Origin: a bacterium
GTDB lineage: Bacteria; UBP15; UBA6099; JAJRTR01
DNA length: 64,000 nt
Direction: 5' to 3'
Assembly (NCBI GenBank): GCA_024278215.1
Contig: JAJRTR010000182.1
Coordinates: 1 to 64,000 of the forward strand
Under the pieces are notes generated by a model. It searched no databases. It was not told the origin of the DNA and was given only the letters and a program-made list of their open reading frames with translations. The first letter of the stretch is position 1. Every line of letters starts with the position of its first letter. A program made the translations under genes and the position numbers. Of the stretch, positions 1 through 9,340 are shown piece after piece.

Positions 1-173
1 ACGCAGGATGGTAAAGAAATGCTGAAAAGAGATCGGGGAAAGCTGGAGCTTCCAGTTACAGGCGTTTCCAAGGTAGACCTTGGAAACGATGAAACACTGT
101 GTGCCGTGCTCAAACCGCATTTGTTTGGGCACGAAAATGCGACCTGTTTGGTTCCGGCTTTGTCAGATTAGGG
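1..173. repeat. Composite REP-like repeat (hairpin CGTTTCCAAGG-TAGA-CCTTGGAAACG, hairpin CGTGCTCAAAC...GTTTGGGCACG, IS-end-like tail); inverted copy at 43542-43714; may extend beyond the window start
   Basis: Reverse complement aligns along its whole length to 43542-43714; first 36 nt identical. Confidence 0.9.
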
Positions 174-460
174 TGTATTAGCATAACTTTTACATTATAA
201 TATATATATATAGCGTTAATTACAATTGTCAATGATATTGCCAAGAATATAGCGGGGTATGCGGAAAACATCGGAATTTGTTGCAGATTATTATGTCTGT
301 ATAGTTAGGCTGTGTAGCCCTGATCCTATAAAACACTCGTATCTAAATAGGGATTCTGAAGGAAGGGAAAATATTTTGCTCTGAAATCAGGGGAACAATT
401 CTATTCGCGATAATCCCTGTTCAAGAAAGTGACACGCATGTAACCGCTGTATGTCGGTAT

Positions 461-1294
461 TTACTTTCTGAAACACGCGCTGATTTCATAGCACAATGGA
501 CCCGGTATAACAGGCCGGAACACAGCGTCCATAGCGTCTGCAAGGGGCGCAAGACGCATGAAAACGCGTCCGGGCCGCCGGAACCGTTTCACCCGCGCCC
601 ATAGCAACCAGTGTAAAGAATGGAAAAACGAGTGTCCCCCCATGCGCACCAGTGTGAATCCTGCATCCTGCCCCAGCGTGCGCAAATCACTCGCCGAGTA
701 ACTCTTTTCCTGTTCATGGTCGAACGATTCCGAGCCGCTCCGGCCCAGCATGCGCATAGCGATAGACGGCAGAAACATCACAATGCGAACCATGCCGTCC
801 ACTACCCGGCTGCCGAACGCTTGTGGCTCACGGAAAATCAGAAACAGCCCGCCGGGAGCAAGCACCCTGTGTACCTCCTGAAAAAACGATTCCTCATCAA
901 CCATATGGTGCAGAAATCCCGCGCCGAATATGAAACTCACAGATGCGTCACGAAACGGCAACTGCTCGGAGTCCGCACGAACAGGTACAACATCGAGACC
1001 GTTGTGCTGAGCCAGTTCGCGTGTGGCAACCAGCATACCTGTGGAGATGTCGGTACTCACGATATGCGGCAGGATGACGGTGGCCATCAGGCAGCAACTC
1101 AGCCGTCCGGTTCCACACGCCAGTTCCAGAGCCGGACCGACCGGCAACCTGCCCCCGCCGGCACGGCGACACACTTCAGAGGCTACGGCGAGCGCGCGCT
1201 TACTGCTTAAGCGCTCGGGCGGCGGCGTGTCCAGTGTGTCATAGTAATCTACATTCGCCTGCTTGATGTCTTCAGGCCGTGCACCGGGCTCCAT
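461..1294 (-). CDS. Class I SAM-dependent methyltransferase
   Basis: LELACGTG motif I, ADSEQLPF and FLHH motifs; ATG at 1294 follows GGAGG. Confidence 0.85.
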   Translation of the reverse strand: MEPGARPEDIKQANVDYYDTLDTPPPERLSSKRALAVASEVCRRAGGGRLPVGPALELACGTGRLSCCLMATVILPHIVSTDISTGMLVATRELAQHNGLDVVPVRADSEQLPFRDASVSFIFGAGFLHHMVDEESFFQEVHRVLAPGGLFLIFREPQAFGSRVVDGMVRIVMFLPSIAMRMLGRSGSESFDHEQEKSYSASDLRTLGQDAGFTLVRMGGHSFFHSLHWLLWARVKRFRRPGRVFMRLAPLADAMDAVFRPVIPGPLCYEISACFRK

Positions 1295-1345
1295 AAAACC
1301 CTCCACAATTCGTTCTTCAACAACAGGTCAGTATATGTCGCGCCG

Positions 1346-3025
1346 TTATTGCTCATTGCTGTTTGTCATCAAAGATTCGAAATAGCCGCACTTGGCCGGT
1401 TTGTAGTTTGTGAGCACTTCGCTTTCGACGTCTATGCGCAGGTAAGAACCTTCCGGCAATGTGAATGCCGGCCAGTGCGGGACACCGGCGGCGGCGGGGA
1501 CACCCGATCGGGCGAACGAACTCCAGAGCAATATCATGTCTTTAGCCACTTTGTAATTTTTCTTCGATTTGAAATTGAAGTTCAGCACCTTGAATTGCCC
1601 GAAAATGAAAGCGAGTTCCGAACCGTGGAACGCGCCCCAGTCTTTAGCCATTCCTTTTTCATCGGGCGCTTTCGCGAAGTTGTACAGGTAGGTGTTAGCG
1701 CCGGCCTTCGACAGCAGCGTAGCCATTAAAAGGCTCGGGCATGTAAAACCCATATCGCCGACTATCTCGTTATACGCTTTGCGTGGTGAATCGTAGTTTT
1801 CGAGTGGGTAAAGTTCTTTGATCTTTTCCGGATCGCCGGCGAGTCCGAAATCGTTTTTTATTTCCTCGATATTTTTCGCGAGTTCCTTATCGAAGTTCTC
1901 CGGCGTGTCGACCTTTCTTCCGAGAGTGAAATACGATGTCTCATCCTTGTTGCTGCCGACTATAATGTCCTGGACGTTTTTGTTGTAAATTCCTTCGGCG
2001 AGCATCCTCAGGGGCGGCTCGGGGATGAGCGGGCCGCCGATTGTCGGCCCGAATCCGAAGGAGTCCGTCTTCGCGCCGAGTTTTTCACCGTCGCCGTCCG
2101 ATTTGCCTATGTGCATGGCCGGTCGCGCCGTTTCCTGAAACACAACGGCGTCGACAGCGCGGAGACATTCAAGCACATTTGTGGATTCGTCGCAGCCCAG
2201 CATCGCGGCAATCGCCAGTCCGTCCGCATCCGCGTCGTCAAAAGTTCTTCCGATATACGTCATCGGTCCGCTCTCGATAATAGCCCTGTGGAACAAGCCG
2301 GCGGACAGTGGAGACAACACATGGATACCCACGCTCATGCCGCCCGCGGATTCGCCGAAAACGGTTATGTTGTTCGGGTCGCCCCCGAAGTTCGCGATAT
2401 TGTTTTTTACCCACTTGAGCGCGAGCGTCTGATCGAGCATTCCATAGTTGCCCCGCCCGCCGGTCGCCTCGAGCGCCGGATGCGAAAAGAACCCGAACAC
2501 ACCGAGCCTGTAGTTGAATGTTACAACCACGACACCGCCTTTCGCCGCCAGTTTAGTTCCGTTGTATTCTATCAGGTCCGCACCGCCCGAGCCGGAAATG
2601 AAACCGCCGCCGTGTATGAAGACCATGACCGGTTTCTTCGCTCCATCTTTCGAAAAAGGCTGCCACACATTCAGGTAGAGACAGTCTTCACTGCCGATAA
2701 CTTCGCCCCCGCCCGTGACCATGCTCATCAATGGATATTGCACACATATATTGCCATACTCGAAAGCTTCAATCGTGTCTTCCCACGGAGCGGGCGGTTG
2801 TGGTGGCGCAAAACGCAGTTCGCCGACCGGAGGCGCGGCATACGGGATGCCCTCGAACTCACACACCTTCGCTTTCTCGATTACTCTGCCTGTGACCGCC
2901 CCACTGTCTGTCCGCACTCCCGCGCAATCGGGAACCTGCGCATAAATGGCCGCTCCCGATACTGCTATAAAAAGCATTATTGCCGACAATATTATTCTGA
3001 TACCGTTATTCAGCGCGTTTGTCAT
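1346..3025 (-). CDS. Secreted type-B carboxylesterase/lipase
   Basis: GIPYAAPPVGELRF, SEDCLYLNVW, HGGGF, catalytic GESAG, FHGSEL; signal peptide after ATG 3025 with GGAGG. Confidence 0.92.
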   Translation of the reverse strand: MTNALNNGIRIILSAIMLFIAVSGAAIYAQVPDCAGVRTDSGAVTGRVIEKAKVCEFEGIPYAAPPVGELRFAPPQPPAPWEDTIEAFEYGNICVQYPLMSMVTGGGEVIGSEDCLYLNVWQPFSKDGAKKPVMVFIHGGGFISGSGGADLIEYNGTKLAAKGGVVVVTFNYRLGVFGFFSHPALEATGGRGNYGMLDQTLALKWVKNNIANFGGDPNNITVFGESAGGMSVGIHVLSPLSAGLFHRAIIESGPMTYIGRTFDDADADGLAIAAMLGCDESTNVLECLRAVDAVVFQETARPAMHIGKSDGDGEKLGAKTDSFGFGPTIGGPLIPEPPLRMLAEGIYNKNVQDIIVGSNKDETSYFTLGRKVDTPENFDKELAKNIEEIKNDFGLAGDPEKIKELYPLENYDSPRKAYNEIVGDMGFTCPSLLMATLLSKAGANTYLYNFAKAPDEKGMAKDWGAFHGSELAFIFGQFKVLNFNFKSKKNYKVAKDMILLWSSFARSGVPAAAGVPHWPAFTLPEGSYLRIDVESEVLTNYKPAKCGYFESLMTNSNEQ

Positions 3026-3216
3026 AGTACAGATACCCTCCGCCTTCGCCAGGATAATGAATTGTATCATGAAACGGTTAAGAGTGCAGCAGCAGAGCGC
3101 GAAAGGGTTGTGTAACAACGTGGTGTCGCGAGAATATTGAATGGTGAACGATGCGCGTTCAGACAATACGTTTTCGGGGTGAACTTTGGAAACGATGAGA
3201 AATAATGGGGCGGTAG

Positions 3217-3257
3217 TAACCCGCATATTTCACCAATGCGGCCCAAAAACGAGAGCA
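3217..3257. repeat. Solo end of MITE family B (hairpin CCCGCATATTTCACCAATGCGG)
   Basis: Matches the terminus of the full B copies at 32776 and 34434. Confidence 0.8.
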
Positions 3258-3317
3258 TTTATTTGACAGTTGCTGCGAAAACCGATCGAGCAGGCTGATG
3301 TCGAGATCGGGAAAGAT

Positions 3318-5129
3318 TCAGACAGATCGTTCTTTGCGGGCTTTTCTCTTGCGGTCGGACTTGAGCAGGAGTTTTTTTCGCAGGCGTATATGGTGCGGAG
3401 TGATTTCGACATACTCGTCATCCTGAATATATTCAATAGCGGCATCGAGGGACATGTCGACAGGCGGTTTCAGCTTTATCGCGTCGTCGGCGCCGGATGC
3501 GCGCATGTTGGTGAGCTCTTTGCCCTTGAGCGGATTGACGACAAGGTCCGCGCCCTTGTTGTGTTCGCCGATTATCATGCCGTCGTAGACTTCCGTGCCG
3601 GGACTGATGAACAGAGGGCCGCGTTCCTGGAGATTGTTAAGCGCGAAAGCAACGGCAGTACCTGTGAAGCCGCTGATCATGGAACCGGCCTGCCGTTTTT
3701 TTATTTCGCCGCAGTGCGGGCCGTAGTGGTCGAAAGCGTGATACAACACGCCTTCGCCATGTGTCATCGTCAGGATCGCGGACCGGAAACCAAGCAGGCC
3801 CCTTGTCGGTATCTCGAACTCGATGACTGTGCGGTCACCGGCTCTGCTCATATTTTCTATGTTGCCGCGCCGCAGGTTTATTGATTCGATAACGGTGCCG
3901 GACATCTCTTCGGGCACAGTGATTACACCCTTTTCGATAGGTTCGTATTTCTTTCCGCCGACTTCTTTCATTATGACTTCGGGCCGTGACACCTGTAGTT
4001 CGTAGCCCTCGCGGCGCATGTTTTCTATCACTACCGAGAGGTGCATTTCGCCGCGCCCCAGCACTCTGAAACTGTCTGTGGCGTTCTCGAAGTCGATCTT
4101 GAGTCCGACATTCGATTCGGTTTCACGCAGGAGGCGCGCCTGCAGGTGGCGGCTGGTGACGTATTTGCCGTCCTTGCCCGAGAACGGCGAATTGTTTATC
4201 AGGAACGTCATTGCCAGCGTGGGCTGATCCACACTGATTGCGGGCAGTGGTTCGGCATCTTCGCTGTCGGCGATGGTTTCGCCGACGTATATGTCGGGAA
4301 TACCTGCGATTGCGACGATGTCGCCCGCGACGACTTCGTCGACCTCCACACGATCAAGGCCCTTGAACGAATAGACCTTCGTCGTTTTCGCCGGTCGGCG
4401 GGCACCGTTTGCATCCATGACGACGACGGGCATATTGCCCCTCACGCGGCCTTCATAAACCCTGCCGACAGCGATGCGACCGACATAGTTGTCATAAGCC
4501 AGCGTCGCCGGCTGCATACGGAAACCTTTGCCTGTCTCGGCAACGGCGGGCTTGACGTTTTCCATGATGAAATCGAACAGCGGGGTGATGTCCACACGGG
4601 GATCATCAAGCTTGCGCACGGCGATACCTTCACGCGCGATCGTGAAAATATAAGGAAAATCAAGTTGCTCTTCGGTGGCGCCGAGACTGTCGAAAAGGTC
4701 GAGCGTAAGGTCCAGCACCTTATCGGCGCGTGCCATTGGCTTGTCTATTTTGTTTATGACGACAAGAATCTTCAGACCGAGTTCCATAGCTTTCCCCAGC
4801 ACGAAACGGGTCTGGGGCATCGGCCCCTCATAGGCGTCGATCAGAAGCAGGGTGGCGTCCACCGAACGCAGTACCCGCTCGACCTCGGAGCCGAAATCCG
4901 CATGGCCGGGTGTGTCTATGATATTTATCTTTGTGCCCTTGTATTCGAGGGCTGCGTTTTTCGCGTAAATAGTGATGCCGCGCTCGCGCTCCTGGGCGTT
5001 ACTGTCCATCACACAATCAACAATCTCCTTCCTCGTCGAGATCGCACCACTTGCTTTCAGAAGCGCGTCGATCAGTGTTGTCTTGCCGTGGTCGACATGC
5101 GCAATATTTGCAATATTCCTGATTTCCAT
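3318..5129 (-). CDS. typA: Translational GTPase TypA/BipA
   Basis: AHVDHGKTT, ERERGITI, DTPGHADF, NKID, GRGEMHL, C-terminal EYVEITPHHIRLRK; 603 aa. Confidence 0.97.
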   Translation of the reverse strand: MEIRNIANIAHVDHGKTTLIDALLKASGAISTRKEIVDCVMDSNAQERERGITIYAKNAALEYKGTKINIIDTPGHADFGSEVERVLRSVDATLLLIDAYEGPMPQTRFVLGKAMELGLKILVVINKIDKPMARADKVLDLTLDLFDSLGATEEQLDFPYIFTIAREGIAVRKLDDPRVDITPLFDFIMENVKPAVAETGKGFRMQPATLAYDNYVGRIAVGRVYEGRVRGNMPVVVMDANGARRPAKTTKVYSFKGLDRVEVDEVVAGDIVAIAGIPDIYVGETIADSEDAEPLPAISVDQPTLAMTFLINNSPFSGKDGKYVTSRHLQARLLRETESNVGLKIDFENATDSFRVLGRGEMHLSVVIENMRREGYELQVSRPEVIMKEVGGKKYEPIEKGVITVPEEMSGTVIESINLRRGNIENMSRAGDRTVIEFEIPTRGLLGFRSAILTMTHGEGVLYHAFDHYGPHCGEIKKRQAGSMISGFTGTAVAFALNNLQERGPLFISPGTEVYDGMIIGEHNKGADLVVNPLKGKELTNMRASGADDAIKLKPPVDMSLDAAIEYIQDDEYVEITPHHIRLRKKLLLKSDRKRKARKERSV

Positions 5130-5434
5130 TTACCGTTACCGTTTATTCTCAATACAGCCGCGCAATATCCGTCCTGCCTGTTCGATCAGTGCGGCGGCAT
5201 CGTTTTTCATCTCTGGAGCCGATTGCAGGATTCTCGTTCCGCCGTGGTCGAGCGACGAACATGATTTCGCAATCGGCTCTCCGTTTTATCATTACAGGAC
5301 TTGTCCCGAACCGGGGCAAACACAACTGGTCGCAGCACATCATTATAAGAGTTTTTATCAATTTGGGAATACTTACGCAAATCCGGTTGCCGCCGCGTCG
5401 AATCAATGCAGTCCGCATATCTCGCAAAGACAGT

Positions 5435-8293
5435 CTAAATATCGATGACAGCCGCCGGGAAGAGATCGAGCACGAGAACAGCGACCGCGCTTCCCTTTTG
5501 TACATCGGCGGGCACTGTCGATATTACTTCCGACACCGCGCCGTCCGCTTCTGTGCGCACCTCCACCCTGTTGTTGTCGATCAGGCGTCCTTTTTCCGTG
5601 TCTATCATCACGATATGAACCCAGTGCTCGGCTTCCATGTATTTCGCGCCGCCGAATGTTGCCCTTATAATGTCCGAATCCTGCTCGATTCCGATCTTAA
5701 GTTTTCGGGGCATTTCAAGCGATTCATCGGCAAACGGCAATGTTGTGTATGTCAGGAAAGCGACTGCCATGTCATCCTCGTCGGCCATTTTCATGACGCG
5801 CAGCAGATCGACAAAGTCGGGCATGTTATGTATTGACGTCCTCGCGTAAGCGGAACCGTTCGCTATGCCGGGTTCGTCCGTGAGGCGGCCTGCAAACTGC
5901 ATACTGTCAAGGTACACATTCGCACCCTGGGCGTTTATGCGGGCCTTGCCTGTGAACTTGATGAATTCGTCTTTGAACACCCCGGTCGCGATTATTTTAT
6001 TCGCCGCTTTCGCCGCAAATTCGTAGCCCCCGCCCGTGTCCACGAGCCCGCAACCGGCAACGACGACAAAACCCTTTTCATCATTCACATAAACAGGTGC
6101 AAGCGCATAATTGTGCGCGTCCAGCGCGGCCTGTGCGAGCGCGTCGATTTCCTTGGGTGTGCTCAAAGCGAATCCTTTTATAATAATTCCCGGCGTTCCC
6201 GCATCCGTGGGTGTAAAAGCAAAACCATCGCCGGTACGCGCTGCCGTATGGAAATCTATTGAAGTGTTGAACGCGCGCAGTTCGCCTTCCGCCTCATATT
6301 TCCCTGATACTTTTATCGAATAATCAGTATCGTATTCCATGAAACCGTCGGGGATGATGTATATGTACCGCAGCCTGGAATCGCACATCGAGCGGTGCGG
6401 CAGTTCCGGCGATATCGCGACGTTGACGGAATCGGGATACAGTTCGGAACGACAGACATCGCCATTGTGGTCCACAGCGAACAGAGCGAGGTTCAGATTT
6501 GACTCGATGGAAATATCGGCGGGCGGCTGGAACAGCGGCGCCCCGCACCGGTCGAGCAGGACAATCGCCTCGCCGCCTGCCGGTATGCCGGGTCTCAGGG
6601 CATCGTCGCCCGGCGCGAAGCACAGGCGCTCGTCCTGCCGGTTTCGGAAATAGTAGTCACGCGGCACAGCGAAAACCTCGCCCGTTGTCGAACCGAAATA
6701 AATGGTGCCGTCCGGTCCGAAAGTGGGCGACGCGTTCAGGTCGTTCTCGGCGACACCGGCATTTGTATGCAGCGACCACACGCGGCGTCCGCCGGGACTG
6801 ATGCAGTATAATTTACCATTCTGGTTGCCAATATAAATAAGTCCGTCGGGCGCGATCACCGGCGTGCATTTTATGGGAGCGTCGGTGCGATACACCCATT
6901 TCCTGCGTCCGAAACGGTCGAGGCAATACACGCCGCCGTCGTCGGAGCCGATCACGACATCGCCGGCTCCGGTTATCGCGGGCGAGCCGTATATCATTCC
7001 CATTGTCTGGTATGTCCAGAAAACGGTTCCGTCCTCGGGCGCAATCGCATAAACTCTGCCGTCGAAGCAGCCGAAAAACATCTCTCCGTATTCGCCCATG
7101 GCAGGTGACGAGGACACGGCACCGCCCACCCTGCGCACCCACCTGCGCGCTCCGGTCTTCGTGTCGACCGCGTGGATATCGCACGCGAGAGTGCCTGCGA
7201 AAACGCTGTCGCCGTCCGGGCTCAGGAGCGGCTTGGTCCAGATAACGCCCGCCGGGTACGTATCCGTATAATAATCCCACACGAGGTTGCCGTCCGAGTC
7301 TATTTTATACAGCCGGTTGTCGTCGCTGCCTGCGTAAATAAAGATTCTCCCGCCTTCCTCGGATAGTGTGAGATTGCCCTCGAAAAAACTGGCGAGGTGC
7401 ATGTCGGGTTTGTTCAGGTCTTCGAAGTGGCGACCGTAGAATTGCCACAGGACACGGCCGTCTTTCGGATCGATCTTCCAAATACGGCCCTGGTTCTGGT
7501 TGCCGTTTTCATCCACATCGGTCGACGCCATATAGAGGAACCCGTCTTTGCCGAGCGCGCCGGTCGAGTCGATATACATCATGCGGCTGTCGTGGATGCG
7601 CCACCTCACAGAGACGTCCGGCGCGAGCGAGACGAACTCGCCGTCCGCATGGCCCGTATACAGGTTGCCCCGGCGGTCGACGATTGCGCTGGGCCAGATC
7701 AGCGCGCCTATTTTTGTCGCCCATAGAGTCGCGTCCTCCGCCGGTGCCGCCCTGAAGGCCGACACACGACTCCTGCTGAGCGCCGAGTAGTGATAGCTCG
7801 GATACGCCGCCTCCGCATCCAGCCCGCCAAAGAAATCCGACACCCGCTCCCTGTACAGCAAGGCGAGCTTCTGCACGATTATCTCGTCCATCGATTCCAT
7901 TATTTTGAAAAGACTGTCGACCGCTTCTGCGAACTTCATCGTGATCAATGCACGTGGGACACGTCTCTTGAACTCGCGGAAACGCTCCCGCAGCCTGTTG
8001 CGCGCTTCGACGACATCAGCGCCGATCGTGCTGTTGACAGTCGCCGGGTCGTTCACAACAGGCAACATCCGGCTTGTGGTCAGATCGACAAGCTCGACAG
8101 CCCCGACGATAGCAGCAGCGGTTGCGCCTATTGTTCCTTCCGTCGCCGCTTCGAGTTTCGCGCGGCATTCGAGGAACCGCACCTTGAGCGCCGCTGTTTC
8201 CTCTATCAGCTCGACGCGCGTCCTGCGTTTTCGGAATACGCCTGCCGGAAATCTTTCCGCAGTTTCCCAGAATGAATCTCTCAGTGAGGTCAT
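5435..8293 (-). CDS. Large PQQ-like (BamB-type) beta-propeller repeat protein with N-terminal helical region and Ig-like C-terminal part
   Basis: Repeated SSPA..G....G..DG.VYA.....G...W blades; ATG at 8293 overlaps the upstream TGA (ATGA). Confidence 0.8.
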   Translation of the reverse strand: MTSLRDSFWETAERFPAGVFRKRRTRVELIEETAALKVRFLECRAKLEAATEGTIGATAAAIVGAVELVDLTTSRMLPVVNDPATVNSTIGADVVEARNRLRERFREFKRRVPRALITMKFAEAVDSLFKIMESMDEIIVQKLALLYRERVSDFFGGLDAEAAYPSYHYSALSRSRVSAFRAAPAEDATLWATKIGALIWPSAIVDRRGNLYTGHADGEFVSLAPDVSVRWRIHDSRMMYIDSTGALGKDGFLYMASTDVDENGNQNQGRIWKIDPKDGRVLWQFYGRHFEDLNKPDMHLASFFEGNLTLSEEGGRIFIYAGSDDNRLYKIDSDGNLVWDYYTDTYPAGVIWTKPLLSPDGDSVFAGTLACDIHAVDTKTGARRWVRRVGGAVSSSPAMGEYGEMFFGCFDGRVYAIAPEDGTVFWTYQTMGMIYGSPAITGAGDVVIGSDDGGVYCLDRFGRRKWVYRTDAPIKCTPVIAPDGLIYIGNQNGKLYCISPGGRRVWSLHTNAGVAENDLNASPTFGPDGTIYFGSTTGEVFAVPRDYYFRNRQDERLCFAPGDDALRPGIPAGGEAIVLLDRCGAPLFQPPADISIESNLNLALFAVDHNGDVCRSELYPDSVNVAISPELPHRSMCDSRLRYIYIIPDGFMEYDTDYSIKVSGKYEAEGELRAFNTSIDFHTAARTGDGFAFTPTDAGTPGIIIKGFALSTPKEIDALAQAALDAHNYALAPVYVNDEKGFVVVAGCGLVDTGGGYEFAAKAANKIIATGVFKDEFIKFTGKARINAQGANVYLDSMQFAGRLTDEPGIANGSAYARTSIHNMPDFVDLLRVMKMADEDDMAVAFLTYTTLPFADESLEMPRKLKIGIEQDSDIIRATFGGAKYMEAEHWVHIVMIDTEKGRLIDNNRVEVRTEADGAVSEVISTVPADVQKGSAVAVLVLDLFPAAVIDI

Positions 8294-8919
8294 AGTCCTG
8301 TCCTTTCGCCGGTCACTTCCTCCATACACGGAAGCGCCGGCTGTTGTTTTTCATTCAGCCATCGAGCGGGTCGGAGTTTAACAAGCAGAAGGTAGAACAC
8401 AATTGATACAATGAACCAGGTTATTTGTATCAGCACGGTGATGTTGTACCCGTGGACACGGAATATTACGGGATTCCACCAGTATTCGTAATATGACCAA
8501 CCGTCATTGAAGGTGCTGGACAGTTCGACGGCCAGGGCGGACACCTGTCCCCAGACCAGCATTACAAGGAGTTCAGGGAAACTGAATTTCCGCAACGCCT
8601 GCTTCCCGCGGATTGCATATATCAGCCACACGCCGATGATAAAAATCATACCGTCCCACAGCGAGTGGGCGACCACGAACACCGAGTAATGAGTGATCAG
8701 CGGGCGATGCCATAGAATGATCGGCATAGAAGTCCCTTCGGCGCTCAGGACAAAAACAGGTATCTCGAATATTGCTCCCACAAACACGCCGATCCAGAAA
8801 AAATACCACAGGCGCTTATTTATGCGACCGGTCCTGTACAGAAGATAGAAAAACAGCGGCGCGGCAAATCCGACAAGAAGATCAAGGTAATAATAGGACT
8901 GTTTGAAAAGTTCCGTCAC
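8290..8919 (-). CDS. Integral membrane protein of unknown function
   Basis: About 5-6 hydrophobic segments; GTG at 8919 after GGAG; translationally coupled to the propeller gene. Confidence 0.75.
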   Translation of the reverse strand: MTELFKQSYYYLDLLVGFAAPLFFYLLYRTGRINKRLWYFFWIGVFVGAIFEIPVFVLSAEGTSMPIILWHRPLITHYSVFVVAHSLWDGMIFIIGVWLIYAIRGKQALRKFSFPELLVMLVWGQVSALAVELSSTFNDGWSYYEYWWNPVIFRVHGYNITVLIQITWFIVSIVFYLLLVKLRPARWLNEKQQPALPCMEEVTGERTGL

Positions 8920-9340
8920 TGTCTGCGTCTCCGAAAAAAAAGTATAGTGTGTGTTCCTGCTTATGTTTCCAGTAATACTCCGCTCCGCGTTCACCATAAT
9001 ATCTTCTTGGCGACAACATGTTGTCGCTTACGGCACGATAAGGGTCTTAAGGGCCTATTGTATTGTTTTTGCTTATGTGATTATACTGGAAAGTCTGCGC
9101 TATTCACACTTTTTCAAGGAACACGGCAGCCAGCTTGATTGGGGGAAATTCTCCGGTCTTGCATCGTAGTTGAGCCGCTGCATGTGTGCCGTGCTCATGC
9201 TCACTTATAGGACGTCATATCTCCGGATGAATACGTTATCTCAACTACATTATTATACGAATGTTATTATGAAGCTTGCCATATCGTATACGATTGTTAT
9301 ATTATTGTGAAAAATATGTTGCCCTGTACTGGAGTTTGAC

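Noticed and set aside
3209..3216. ops element GGCGGTAG
   Set aside because: On the strand opposite to the flanking genes and not upstream of a long operon
4041..5264. Long antisense ORFs (also 2111-3115, 9539-10528, 16349-17296, 48653-49495, 58275-59147, 61023-61886)
   Set aside because: Shadows of well-supported genes on the opposite strand in GC-rich coding DNA
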